DNA from: Lingula anatina
Taxonomy: Eukaryota > Animalia > Brachiopoda
Assembly (NCBI GenBank): GCA_051362555.1
Contig: CM120645.1
Coordinates: forward strand, 17,670,001-17,734,000
Reading direction: 5' to 3'
Length of the DNA stretch: 64,000 bases
In this document: positions 39,168-53,200 of the stretch, one piece after another
Layout: each line of letters begins with the position of its first letter
How positions within the stretch are numbered: the stretch's first letter is position 1
The notes under the pieces: model-generated
The model's input: only the letters and a program-made list of their open reading frames with translations
The model's database searches: none
Told to the model about the DNA's origin: nothing
Translations under genes and position numbers: made by a program

Positions 39168-40326
39168 TGTAAGTATTGCGATAGATGTGCGGACCAGCAC
39201 AATGGAAGTCTAGGGAGCGGCCGATGCCCTTTTGTTCGCTAACCTGGGGCTTGGTGCGTCTACTGACGTCAAGGGTGGCCAGATCCCCTTGATGAGCGAA
39301 ACCAATATTTTATTGGTCACTAAAATTCCTTTGTTTTTAGTCTCATCCGCTGATTTCGCATTTTTGGTCTTTAACGTAGAGCAGTATACAGTTGTAAATT
39401 TATCATCGAAGAAGAACGGAGGAAAATTAGAGTAAACGAGCCAGCGAAACAGAATAGAAAGTAAGCACAGTAAATAATTACTACTTTATAGTTTAAAGTA
39501 AGTTTCAAGTTTACTATAGTGGTATGTAAAAGTTGCTTTACGTACGTTAAAAACGTCTAGCTCCAGTTAATGCCGTTAAGCGCTACCGACATAGATCGTA
39601 ACTTAGCGTTTTTTTCTACTTTTGTTAGCACAGCAATACAGTAATAGTTTGTGTGTTGTTCCCTACAGTGCTCTAACGGGAATGATTAACTAGAGTTTTA
39701 ATTAATATTTCAATGAATAGTGCCGCTTTTGCTAGAACAAAGGCGCTCAGGGTATTATGTCATACTTCTCAGGTCATGTTTGTAACGGGTCATTAGCGAA
39801 CGCTAGTACGGTTGTGTTTAGGTTTGCATTGCCTTGACGCGTGCGGCGTGCTCGCTGTATCTTAGTACACTGATTCATCATATTAGTGGTAGTTTGTTTT
39901 ATTGTTAGCCTGCATTGAAATAATAAGTGACGAAACCAACGAATAGCCTCCGCTGGAGGAGAGGAGATGCGGTAGTTGAGATCGTACATTAACATGGGAA
40001 GATCGTTGAATGCGACTTATGATGATACACAAACCACTCATGTTGTTTATGTATGGATAAGAGACAATTAGTGTTCGTTGTATTACGTATTAATTACTTA
40101 ATTTTCTTACATAGCTTGGAATTTTTGATAATTACTATATTTTTGTTATTTTTATTTTAGGATAGACGGAGTGACGGCCCAATTGTATGAGCGGACTCCG
40201 TTTAGGTGTTTCATTTATTGCGGAAATAGTTCAATACAGATTCTGGAAACTAACTGAGACTTGTGTTTTATTTCTGTGACTAGATTTATCCCGATCATTG
40301 ACAAAATAATAATAAGCCCGGCTACA
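39168..40326 (+). repeat. 3' LTR (1159 bp)
   Basis: Direct copy of 32299-33457. Confidence 0.97.
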
Positions 40327-40544
40327 TTTACACAAACTGCATTTCTATATACTGATAACTAATAAATATTAATATTAGCAAGAGCACAGCTCAAGAACAA
40401 ATTTTTTCATCTCTTAGAAGTATTGCAGAGGTTGTGATAGTTGTCATTGCCACACAGCATTTGGCAATGATGGGTGCTTTTGTTATATGATAATTGCAGG
40501 TTAAGGCATGGCAAAAGGATTAATCCTGGTCCTATACATCCTTC

Positions 40545-40950
40545 CCAGATAGCATGCAAACGTTGGGCCAACGTTGCCTTGGTTGCCCATGCACATGTTG
40601 GCCCAATGTTGGGTTTCCATCTAAGTGCTCACTTTGGCCGACAGTTGGCTGAATGTATTTGGCCAACGTTGGCCTAACGTTAGTCAATTTCAATGCTAAA
40701 GCATTGCCAACATATTACCAACCAAACTATGTTGGCCCTACATTGGGCCAACTAATATTCAACATGGGCCCAACAATTACCCAATCTGTAGCCAACAGTG
40801 TATTTATGTTGGTTCTACTAATAACCAACATCGATCCAACAATTACCCAACCTCAAACCAACATTGCATTAACATTGGGCCAACGGTAGGCCAACGGGTC
40901 ACCGAGGTATCTGCAATTTGCACAATGATTAATGGCCCAACCTTAAACCA
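40545..40950. mobile_element. Terminal region of an EnSpm/CMC-like element
   Basis: Starts CCCAGATAGCA, followed by dense subterminal TTGG(G)CCAAC repeats; partner end not found. Confidence 0.5.
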
Positions 40951-42667
40951 GGAGCACAGTGATTTACATCATAGAACCAAAGGCTAAATAATTTTATCCA
41001 GAATCACATACGTAGTAGGGCACTGTAATAACATGTCTGATGCACAGGCAGATCAGTGTCCTGATGAAATATCTTAAGCATCTGAAATCTGCAGACTGCA
41101 AGGTATAACTGAAAAATTAGCAAGCTGATTAATGGATGAATTCTTCAAAGGACTTGATCTGCCTGTGTTGTGGTTGAAACAAAAAGATTAGTGATATATT
41201 TTAAACTGTTTAACTAATTCATAACATTACACTGAACAAATACCTTCAACCAACTAAATAATGTGATGTGAATGGAAAAATAATACAAAAATACATCTCA
41301 AAGAAACTTTTTATAAAGATATTTTAATATTAAATTTAAACAATTGTTAAATGATTCATGTCAAGAAAATTATTACCAGTCCTGTGAAAGAACTTTCCAC
41401 CTTATTCCTGGAGTCAAGGCAGTTTTTTCACCCAATCCAAGAATCACAATTTAATATTTCAATTTTTAAAAAATCTTCATTAAATTAAATTTAAATCCAG
41501 AAACCCTTGATTAATATCAGGTAAGATGTTTAAAATTCAAAAGAACTGTCATTAAGTAGATAAGTTACTAGTAAGTCTATAAAATCACATAAAGTCTCTT
41601 CCTTCAGGCAAAATCTCAGACATTGTCTATTTAAATAAAATCAGTGGTCATATGAATGTAATCTTCATTTTTCTCTCTCTTTCCTGTCCTGCACCTGCAT
41701 GATCTTTGGCAAAGCATGATTAGTTAGGTGTATCTTCAACATCTTTTTCTTAACAGTCACAGAGGAGTGTACTTCATCTACAAATTAAAATATTAAAAAT
41801 TTAACTTGAAATATAATGCTGGAATTGATATGCATATGCATTATATGCATAACATTTTTAGGTGCTTGACTATACCTCTTCCCACATCACTGTGTTCATA
41901 TACATTATATTAGTAGTTGTGTATTATAATATAATATGATAATCTCCCCATATTCTCTAAGTTAGGCAAAAGCTAATATCTAACTTTTACAATGGAGTGT
42001 CTGTGTGCAGTTATTTATAGCAAAATTACTAGTAGTTCTTTCATGTACACTTGACCATGAATTCAGTTTTAAAGGGTTCAAAATCCCATACAACTGTACT
42101 GTACCACTGAATACTACAATGTATATTATTTAGTCATTCCAACAACTCTATCACAAAATTCACTGGAAAGGATTCATACAGACACATAAGAACAATTGGC
42201 TTTCAAGGACCTTTAAGGCTCTAACTCAAGTATTTTTCAGGGATTTTTAGGTAATAGCCCAGGCAAGTTATACACTAATACATGTACTGTACAGTTATTC
42301 TAAAGTGTACATGCCAAAGGAAAAAATTATTTTTAGAGTTTTCAATAGAATATCTCTAAAAAAAAATTCTAACTACATAATATTTATTGTACACTCACAC
42401 ACATACATACTGAAATTAATAATAATAAATTGCAATATTTGTAATAGGTAAACTTAAACAGCACCATTTACAATCAATCTTTACCTTAAACTGCACTATT
42501 TATACTTAATTCATGACAGTATTGATAAACAAAGTTTATCTGGAATTGAACTTTGGGCAAAGTTGCACACCCATCATTCAATTAAAAACCCAATTTGAAT
42601 CAAGGCCTGAAAATGTTAGAAAACACAGGCAAGTCGGGGCACCACAAAATGTGGTATACCCACTATC

Positions 42668-43130
42668 AAGGGCCGTAGCCTGAGCAAAATGCCAGGGGGG
42701 CAGTAAGCGGACACGAGGGGGCAAAGCCCCCGAGGGGGGAGGGGGTGTCCCCCTTCCCTGTGGAAAATTTAAAAAAAAAAGTATGTATAATACTGCATTC
42801 TGGTGCATTTTAACTGATATTTATTGCTCAATCAGAAGTCAGAAATTGTGGGTTCATTTTGCCATAAGTACAGTCATTTTTTCAATACAACACGCCAATT
42901 GGCCTGGGGGATAGCTCCCTAAGGGAGGGTGAGCTTTTTGGCATGAAGTGAGTTAGCTAAAAACAGTACTCCTTTGTAAACAGATTGTTGAATGATTGTC
43001 TAGTGGCCATGAGTGCATTTTCTCACAGAATTGATACCAATTTTGCAATTTTTTTTTACCTTTGCGATTATTATTATTATTATTATTATTTTTTTTGCAC
43101 CTCAAATGCCAGGGGGGGGGGGGGGGGCAG
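42668..43130. mobile_element. Second (3'-truncated) copy of the 13330-13787 hAT-like MITE
   Basis: Collinear similarity from GGGCCGTAGCCTGAGCAAAATGCC to TTTTGCACCTCAAATGC. Confidence 0.85.
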
Positions 43131-43410
43131 CAAAATTATAAACATACTTCTATATAGTTATATTCTATGCAGTAACAGTACAAACAAAATTATAAACATA
43201 CTTCTATATAGTTATATTCTATGCAGTAAAAGCACCACAAATGCTATAAAGAATAAATATTGTACTTATGAAATGATGTATCTGAATGTTTGATAATTTT
43301 TGCCCATCAAAAAGATTGAGTGTTTACTATATGTTCTTTATTTTTGTGAAACAACTGTAATTTCCTTTTAAAGGCTGGCACAAATTAACTTAGAAGTGAT
43401 GCATTTGCAG

Positions 43411-43449
<39 letters not shown>

Positions 43450-45050
43450 GGAGAGAGAGAGAGAGAGATGAATCATATGTAAACATCGACTAAAGGAGAA
43501 AAAGAGAAAGAGAGAGAGAAATTAATCATATGTAAGAAGCGACTGAAGGACCTCCACAGAATAAGGACCTGTAGATTTATTTCTGGTACATGAAGTGCAG
43601 GTCCTCTGGACCTTCAGCATCTTCAAAGTTTAAATTTGCAATACACAAATGGAAAATAAAGGTATGATAACAAAACACAGATGCTAGCTGTCATATCCTC
43701 AAGATTGGTTCACCTAACCAGACTAAAAACCAAAGTTTTGCTTGCAAAAACAATTCCGTAATGGTCAAAACCAACAGTCCCTTAAATGATTATTTAATTG
43801 CCTATCACTTACTGACAAGACATACAAACACAAATATATTATTCATCTGTGTTATATTGCCATTTTTATGACACTATTCCACTCAAAATGCCAAACCAGT
43901 GGCGCAATAAAACTTATTTTGGGTTAATGTTTTTTTTTCCTCAAAATTGATACAATACATTTGCACACACCCCCACACCCCGCAGGCAAAAAGTAAACAT
44001 GTTTAAAGCCAAATTTAAGATTCATATATTTTAAAACATGCCTATGGTTAATTTACAATGTTGTATCTTTCACAACTTCTAGTACCAATTTTGCTACTCG
44101 CCAGTAACTATATAAGAGAACATTCAGTGAAATCGATGCATGGATATTCCTTTGGTGTATAAAATGTTACATAATTATATACTATATCGTCTCGTTAAGT
44201 TTATTAGTATAAAACTCGAAAGGCCATTGTATAAACACGTATTCTACATCTTACCGGTCTCTATGCTATTTTCTCTTGGAGCTGCGCCCCCCTCCCCTCT
44301 TTGAAAACGAGGCCAAGTCTAATAATTTCCTAAATAACCGCCATGCGAGCTAACCGTCTGCTCCCACAGGGTATTCTGTACATTATTATGTAATTCAGGT
44401 GACAAATGATCATAGAGGTCAGTAGAAGATGGAGAAGACAGATATTTAGGGTACGTTGCTACAATTGCCACATCTCAGCCAAAAATTAAGCACAAAAAAT
44501 GACATCAAGTTGCAGGGTATGAAATTCGTATAAATTTGAAGCCGGACAGCAGGGCTGGCAACTTGAAAAGTATCCAGCCCTGACCAAAAGTAGCCAGTCC
44601 TGATTTTTTTTGAAAATTACCTGATTAAACCAATTTCAGGCAAGAACGATATTGAAACAGGGACTCTTAGTCTCAAAGTGAATTTATTCAAGTAGATTCT
44701 TCACTGTCAGCATCTGAAACGTTATGCTCTGAACCCAAATCGGAAAAGTCTGATTCACTGTGATTGTCATAATCAGAGGTTAGTTGCATAACCCGCTTGT
44801 TACAAATGCTCCATGGGCATACTTCTGAAATCTTTCTGGTTGTTCATCAAAACCATTTTTTTTTCCATTAATACCTCTTGGTAAACTTTGTAAACATTAA
44901 TATGTGTAGTCATACATGTAATGTATTTTTTACCAAAATATTCAGTCAAATGAGCCTGGAAAATGCAGTGGATTTATTTTCAGATAAAAAGTCATTTCTT
45001 CATACTTGTGAACTCCTGAATATTTAATCTTGCATATAAGTCCAATTTAA

Positions 45051-45724
45051 AGTCATAATAACTCTTCGTTTTGGCCAAAAATTGAATTTTCCTGGCATAA
45101 ACGGCAGTTTTCCCGTACTTACCAATGGTCAACGACCCCATTCCTGCATTCAAAGTTAGTCCAGGGTTTTTTTCCTAAATGATTGTTTTATTGTTAAAAT
45201 CTCTTAAGAGATTTTAACTGACGGAGCCCTCTCTGACATTGCATAAGTCACACGATATCGAGCGGGGTTTTCTGATGACCTACTTAAAACAGCGGGAAAA
45301 GCAGACAACAACAACACTTTATTACAATAAAATAAGATTCATACGATATAAACGTCTTACTGCTCAGAATGCATTTATATCTACAACGTGTGCAGTTCTG
45401 GGCTTTTCATTATCCAACACACTGTACAAAAACTCGCAACTTACGTTTGAGGATTGTGTCATGCGCCTGCTATATCTTATCCCGCCACATGTTATTTTGG
45501 TCTCGAATGCACGCGAGAATCTGCGTGATGCGCCAACATCCTTGGCAACGGATGCCTTGACTACTGGGAATAAAGGCACCGAAAGCCCTATTGACAAGCA
45601 GTTTTTAGTTTTACTACAATAACAGCCGTTTTAGTGGTGAAATACAATATAATATATTTCCATGTGTTGTTTAGAATGTATTACTTGCGGAATTTTGAAT
45701 CTCAAAGGAAGAGTTATTATTGTT
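45051..45724. mobile_element. Kolobok-like MITE, relative of 9188-9524
   Basis: TTAA|AGTCATAATAACTC ... GAGTTATTATTGTT|TTAA; shares the palindrome GTTAAAATCTCTTAAGAGATTTTAAC. Confidence 0.7.
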
Positions 45725-46115
45725 TTAACATGGTTTCGATCAGGGCTTTTCCCAGGGTTTGGGGTGCAGGGTCCACTTATTATAAATCTGAAATTTGATA
45801 ACAGATTCACATGAAGTTTAACCAAGTCTTTAAAAAATACTGTGAGCTGGAGGTGGGGGGTGGGGGGGGGGGGGCGCAGTGTTATATTATCTTATTAAAA
45901 TATTCAAAATTTTTAATATTTGAATAAATTTCATTAAAAATGGAAGAATATTCATTGTATAATAGTTTACTTATATAAATGTCACCCATTTTTAAGTTTT
46001 TAAATTGATATTGCTTTCTTCAATTTGCTTTCTTAGGGGTAACATGTGTTTGGTTTTTTTAATATACAGTATGAATTAAATAAAATCAGTCATTAAAAAA
46101 ATTCCCCCTTTTTAT

Positions 46116-47750
46116 TATGTACAGACACAGATGTGTCTGTACATATAGCCATCATCTGCGTCTGTCGTCGTCGCCGTCGTCGCCGTGCACTTTTACCGAT
46201 AACATGATAAGTGGAAAACCATTTTACCTTTTGACTTGAAACTTGCAGAACTGATGAATATTCATAATACGCAGGTCAAGTTCGAAAATCAGCATGATCG
46301 GGTCACTTTAAGGGAATTTATGCTGTTTTTTCACTTTTTTCAGCATATATGCAGCACCGATAACACGATAAGTGGAAAACCATTTTACCTTTTGACTTGA
46401 AACTTACAGAACTGATGAATATTTATAATACGCAGGTCAAGTTCGAAAATCAGCATGATTGGGCCATTTTTAGGGAATTTATGCTGTTTTTTCACTATTT
46501 TCAATATAAATACAACACTGATAATACAATATAAGAAAAACGGATTGGCCAATTGTAATCATACTCACAGGAATGGTCAATCTTACTAAAACGCAGGTTG
46601 AGTTTGAAAATCAGCATAATCAGGCCATTATTTTAGAAGTTATACTGTTTTTCACATTTCCTCAGATTCAATTATTAGGCATGTTAACAGTCTCATTATT
46701 TAACTAATAAGATGCCTAAAAGTGTTTGTTTGATATTTCCTGCATCTTTACAACATTGTTAGTTGATTATGTAAAAAACATGGTAAACTTGTTATCATGT
46801 ATTGTGTAATAAAGTGTCAAAAATGGAAATAAACTCATATCATTGCAGTTTGTCAGATTCAATCATCCACTATGTTCAGAATCTCAGAATGGAGGAAATT
46901 GGACATTTAACACTGTTCTATTGATACTTTTCCCATCTCATCAATTTTCTTAGTTGGTCATATAAAATGGCAGTAAAATGTTTATTTTGTTTTATGTTAA
47001 AAAAGTGTTAAAAATGGAAATAAACCCATTTCAGAACAGTGCTGTCTTGTTTACATTTTGGCATTTTCAAGGCGTGACTTTGAAGTTCCATGGGCCTGAA
47101 GACCTTTGCTAGTCACATTTTCTGAATATCTGTGAAACAAATATTTTATAATTAAAAATTGATGGTCATTAAGCTGTTAAACATTATGTAATATTGCATC
47201 AAAATTTGAAGAAACCCCTATTTTGGGCACTGCTTCCATGATGACCATTTAAGGAAAATCATGTCACTTACTGTTCTCAAACTTACAGGAAAGAAACATG
47301 GGACTAAAATACAGCTTCAGTAGGCAATGCAGTCTGTTTGGTATTTTTATTTATTTATTTATTTATTTTGGCAGTTAAACAGTTTTTTGTGAAAATTTAA
47401 TTTTTCACATATTGGCATTTTCAAGGTGTGACTTTAAAGTTCCATGATCTTGAAGACTTTTGCTTGTCACATTTTCTGAATGTCCATGTTACTAATATTT
47501 TATTAATAACATTTGATTGTCATTATGCTGTTAAACATTATGTAATGTTGCATCAAAATTTGAAGAAACCCCTATTTTGGGCACTGCTCCTATGATGACC
47601 ATTTAAGGGAAATCATGTCACTTACTGTTCTCAAACTTACAGGAAAGAAACATGGGTCTAACATACAGCTTCAATAGGCAACGCAGTCTGTTTGGTAAAT
47701 TTTTCTGGCAATTTAACAGTTTTTTGTGAAAATTTAATTTTTCACTTATT
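46116..47750 (-). mobile_element. Inverted copy of the Helentron/HINE-like element at 27240-28772
   Basis: Same terminal hairpin and GAC tract in reverse, fewer 160-bp units, and a ~355-bp tandem duplication at 47060-47750. Confidence 0.75.
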
Positions 47751-49937
47751 TGCATCTTTATTTTCTGTTCTTTGTCTGTACATTTGACAGCTTTGCTGCC
47801 TTGTTTAAATTCTCATATTTTTATTACTAATTTTCTTCCTTACATCAATACCACACTGGTATATGATAGCATTGCTTATTTATCAAATTCCAGCACCAAA
47901 TTTTGAACTGTAAATAACACAGGTGGTGCTAGAGTCATAAAATAAAACAAATAAAGCAAAATTTTAGGCTATGCAAATAAACAACATTTCAACAAGATCC
48001 TCAGTCCCAAAGTTTGAATTTCCAACTTCATATGGTTGTGAGGAGATAGCGTGCAACACATTTGATTGACAGGCAGTATGCCTTGACAACAAACTAGATA
48101 CAACCAGTCCAATCTGGCTGTTGTACCCAGAACTTGTGTAGTTTCTATTTAAGGAATGGTCTTTGTTACTAGAGCACTTAGATTTTTAAGCAAATAAATA
48201 TTCAGTATTCAGCCTGTTATGTGGATAAATTTTGTCTTGTGAAGTTCTGGAAGGTGTTCACTTTAATAATTTGGTGGTAAGTTTGCTTAGACTTCGTTTT
48301 GGGACCACATGTTTTGTACCAAATGTAGGCCACTCTTTTCAATGCAATCCAGGAAGAGAGTATGCAACAAAAATTTCTTTTTCAAGATTTTTGTTCTAAA
48401 GTTCTAATAAAACATAACCTGTTCGACGGACAGCCCACCCTGCAAATTCACTAGTCCGAACTGAATTTTTACTTGTGGAGCCCTGCTTTGGTGTCATCAT
48501 ACACTTTATTTGACTGTCTGATACCTTCCTGTGTTCTTTTCTTACATGCTGGGGCATCACATACATTATTAGCACCAAAATACTTATAGAGGGTAGACTG
48601 CGACAGGGGTAATCCTGACTGCGACTTGGGTGCAATCTTGTATAATCCACGTGCGTCGTGACGTCATTCAATTAATTTTTTTATGAGAAAGACATCGTAC
48701 AATTATAATTACAGATTATAGAAGAAGCAAAACTTAAACTGTGTAATTAGACGAGATTGTGTGAATTTGAATGACCACACATCGTTCGTCACTTGTCTCA
48801 GAAACAAGCATATAAATGCTGCATTTGATACTTTGTATCAGATGTTTCATAACATGGGTCTTTGCGTTAGGCATGCAGGGAACACATTGAATAACCATGT
48901 ACTTTCGGTTTTCGTTCATTTTTTGAGTGTCGATTTCTTGAAGGGCTAGCCTTATTGTTTTCGTTTTATTTCAGCCAAATCTGCTTAATATGAACGTGCA
49001 TATTGATATACAATAATTTTAGAGGCCAGAAAATGGCCAGACCGACGGACTGGCAACTTTTGGAAAGAGACCGCCCGGGTGACAATTGAGCCGTCCCGGG
49101 CTGCCGGTCCTTATTTCCTACCCTGCCTTAAGGTTGAAAAAAAAAGTGTTGATCACTGTTGATATTTAGCAACGGTTGCCATGGAAATAATGGATGAATT
49201 ATAGAAAATAATATCTTGTCAGATTTTTCTTGGCATACTGTAACTTTCCAGAAAATTTCAAATGGATATTTTACTCCATTCAAAAGTTATGCCAATTTTG
49301 TTTTATTTATTGGGCAATGAGGTGACACTTTTGGCTTCCACTGTTACATATATGCTTGGATACCAGACTTTTTCAAAATTTTGTGGGCGACTAGCATTCT
49401 TTTAAATTTAATAACTTTTGATTGGCTTGCTTGATTTCTAAAAAATAAAATGTTTTCGAAAGCTCATGAATTTTTCTATCACATAAGATCCTTTTGGCTG
49501 ATATTTATCTTACTATCAAAGTTGACCTGACCTCTCTAGTGGAATGAAACAAGGCAAGATCTAGATCATCAATATGCCCTACAAATAACTGTTAAAGGGA
49601 TAACAACTGGTTGTTTTGGCAAAGAAAGTATATACCTGGGGAAAATAATGATTTTCCAAAAATCCCATACCCATACTAACAAATGTTTAATTAATCCATT
49701 CCAAAATTCAAAGCTAGTCCATGTTTTTTTTTTCTAAAAAGTTTTTTTCTGGTAATAATCTGTAAAGTGATTCTTACGGAGGCATAAACAGCCACCTGGT
49801 TTGTTGACAAGCATTGTAAAGTCTGCTACTGAAGAAAATGTGGTGCTTCATTAAATATGTTCATATTATTTCAAGGTTGAATAAAATTTTATATATAAAT
49901 GCCAAAATAAGATGTAATGATCTACATACTGTATGTT

Positions 49938-50105
49938 CTTGCAGAGTTTTCGAGAATGGATGAAAGTGAACATGTTGGCTTTAAATGATAGTATGACTTA
50001 GTTGATATGGTTTACATCAATGTTCAAGGCAAATAGGAAAAATGCAGCAAATGCCAACATTGCATAGGAGATGTTCTTATAAAACCATCTAGTTCTGTAA
50101 AAGAA
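49938..50105 (+). mobile_element. L2 RT fragment (uninterrupted paralog of the 54298-54379/58138 junction)
   Basis: FREWMKVNMLALNDS...IWFTS...IKPSSSVK; contains a single GTTTACATC at 50010-50018. Confidence 0.8.
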
Positions 50106-50261
50106 TGCCAAAATATGATGTTGTAATGATCTGCACATTGCTTTATGAAATAGTTTTTTTTTTTTCATCTGATTTTCTTCTTTTACTTTCAGGGACTCCC
50201 GGCTACTGAATTTCAAGGAAATAGGATATATGCTCCATGAAAGATCTAGGGTGCAGATCCA

Positions 50262-53200
50262 GACTGCCATGATGCTGTCAGACTTGGTTGTCCAGCCATG
50301 TAGCTGGCAGATTGGGTTGTCCTGCTATTCTGATGTCAGTCTCCGTTGTCCTGCCATGTTCTGGCAGTCTCAGTTGTCCTGACAAGTTGGCAGTCTCTGT
50401 TGTCCAGTCATGTTGCTGGCAGACTTGGTTGTCCTGCCAGAGTTCTCGCAGATTCGACTGTCCTGTCATTCTGATGGCAGGTTCGGCTGTCCTGCCATGA
50501 AACTGGCAGTCTATGTGGTCCTGCCATGTAGCAGGAATACATTGGTTGTCCTACCAAAGTTCTCGCAGATTCAGCTGACCTGTCATTCTGATGGCAGGTT
50601 CGGCTGTCCTGCCATGAAACTGGCAGTCTCAGTTGTCTTGCCATGTAGCTGGCAGACATTGGTTGTCCTGCCAGTGTTTTTGCAGATTCGGCTGTCCTGT
50701 CATTCTGATGGCAGGTCGGCTGTCCTGCCATGAAACTGACAGTCTACGTGGACCATCCATGTTCTGGCAGTCTCGGCTGACCTGCCGTGAAACTGGCAGT
50801 CTCAGTTGTCTTGCCATATAGCTGGCAGACATGGTTGTCCTGCCAGCGTTCTTGCAGATTCGGCTGTCCTGTCATTCTGATGGCAGGTTCGGCTGTCCTG
50901 CCATGAAACTGGCAGTCTACGTGGTCCTGCCATGTTCTGGCAGTCTAGGTTGTCCTGCCATGTTCTGGCAGTCTCAGTTGTCTTGCCATGTAGCTGGCAG
51001 ACATTGGTTGTCCTGCCAGCGTTCTCGCAGATTCGGCTGTCCTGTCATTCTGATGGCAGGTTCGGCTGACCTGCCATGAAACTGGCAGTCTACGTGGTCC
51101 TGCCATGTTCTGGCAGTCTCGGTTGTCCTGCCATGTTCTGGCAGTCTCAGTTGTCTTGCCATGTAGCTGGCAGACATTGGTTGTCCTACCAGCGTTCTCG
51201 CAGATTCGGCTATCCTGTCATTCTGATGGCAGGTTCGGCTGACCTGCCATGAAACTGGCAGTCCACGTGGTCCTGCCATGTTCTGGCAGTCTCGGTTGTC
51301 CTGCCATGTTCTGGCAGTCTCAGTTGTCTTGCCATGTAGCTGGCAGACATTGGTTGTCCTGCCAGCGTTCTCGCAGATTCGGCTGTCCTGTCATTCTGAT
51401 GGCAGGTTCGGCTGTCCTGCCATGAAACTGGAAGTCTACGTGGTCCTGCCATGTTCTGGCAGTCTCGGTTGTCCTGCCATGTTCTGGCAGTCTCAGTTGT
51501 CTTGCCATGTAGCTGGCAGACATTGGTTGTCCTGCCAGCGTTCTCGCAGATTCGGCTGTCCTGTCATTCTGATGGCAGGTTCGGCTGACCTGCCATGAAA
51601 CTGGCAGTCTACGTGGTCCTGCCATGTTCTGGCAGTCTCGGTTGTCCTGCCATGTTCTGGCAGTCTCAGTTGTCTTGCCATGTAGCTGGCAGACATTGGT
51701 TGTCCTGCCAGCGTTCTCGCAGATTCGGCTGTCCTGTCATTCTGATGGCAGGCTCGGCTGACCTGCCATGAAACTGGCAGTCTACGTGGTCCTGCCATGT
51801 TCTGGCAGTCTCGGTTGTCCTGCCATGTTCTGGCAGTCTCAGTTGTCTTGCCATGTAGCTGGCAGACATTGGTTGTCCTGCCAGCGTTCTCGCAGATTCG
51901 GCTGTCCTGTCATTCTGATGGCAGGTTCGGCTGACCTGCCATGAAACTGGCAGTCTACGTGGTCCTGCCATGTTCTGGCAGTCTCGGTTGTCCTGCTATG
52001 TTCTGGCAGTCTCGGTTGTCTTGCCATGTAGCTGGCAGACATTGGTTGTCCTGCCAGCGTTCTCGCAGATTCGGCTGTCCTGTCATTCTGATGGCAGGTT
52101 TGGCTGACCTGCCATGAAACTGGCAGTCTACGTGGTCCTGCCATGTTCTGGCAGTCTCGGTTGTCCTGCCATGTTCTGGCAGTCTCAGTTGTCTTGCCAT
52201 GTAGCTGGCAGACATTAGTTGTCCTGCCAGGGTTCTCGCAGATTCGGCTGTCCTGTCATTCTGATGGCAGGTCCGGCTGTCCTGCCATGAAACTGGCAGT
52301 CTACGTGGTCCTGCCATGTTCTGGCAGTCTCGGTTGTCCTGCCATGTTCTGGCAGTCTCAGTTGTCTTGCCATGTAGCTGGCAGACATTGGTTGTCCTGC
52401 CAGCGTTCTCGCAGATTCGGCTGTCCTGTCATTCTGATGGCAGGTTCGGCTGACCTGCCATGAAACTGGCAGTCTCGGTCGTCCTGCCATGACACTGGCA
52501 GTCTCGGTTGTCCTGCCATGTTCTGGCAGTCTCAGTTGTCTTGCCATGTAGCTGGCAGACATTGGTTGTCCTGCCAGCGTTCTCGCAGATTCGGCTGTCC
52601 TGTCATTCTGATGGCAGGCTCGGCTGACCTGCCATGAAACTGGCAGTCTACGTGGTCCTGCCATGTTCTGGCAGTCTCGGTTGTCCTGCCATGTTCTGGC
52701 AGTCTCAGTTGTCTTGCCATGTAGCTGGCAGACATTGGTTGTCCTGCCAGCGTTCTCGCAGATTCGGCTGTCCTGTCATTCTGATGGCAGGTTCGGCTGA
52801 CCTGCCATGAAACTGGCAGTCTACGTGGTCCTGCCATGTTCTGGCAGTCTCGGTTGTCTTGCCATGTAGCTGGCAGACATTGGTTGTCCTGCCAGCGTTC
52901 TCGCAGATTCGGCTGTCCTGTCATTCTGATGGCAGGTTTGGCTGACCTGCCATGAAACTGGCAGTCTACGTGGTCCTGCCATGTTCTGGCAGTTTCGGTT
53001 GTCCTGCCATGTTCTGGCAGTCTCAGTTGTCTTGCCATGTAGCTGGCAGACATTAGTTGTCCTGCCAGCGTTCTCGCAGATTCGGCTGTCCTGTCATTCT
53101 GATGGCAGGTTCGGCTGTCCTGCCATGAAACTGGCAGTCTACGTGGTCCTGCCATGTTCTGGCAGTCTCGGTTGTCCTGCCATGTTCTGGCAGTCTCAGT

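Larger units (their letters stand above)
32299..40326 (+). mobile_element. Full-length Ty3/Gypsy LTR retrotransposon (8028 bp)
   Basis: Direct LTRs 6869 bp apart, TG...CA ends, PBS, PPT, and gag / PR-RT-RH-IN domain order. Confidence 0.98.
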
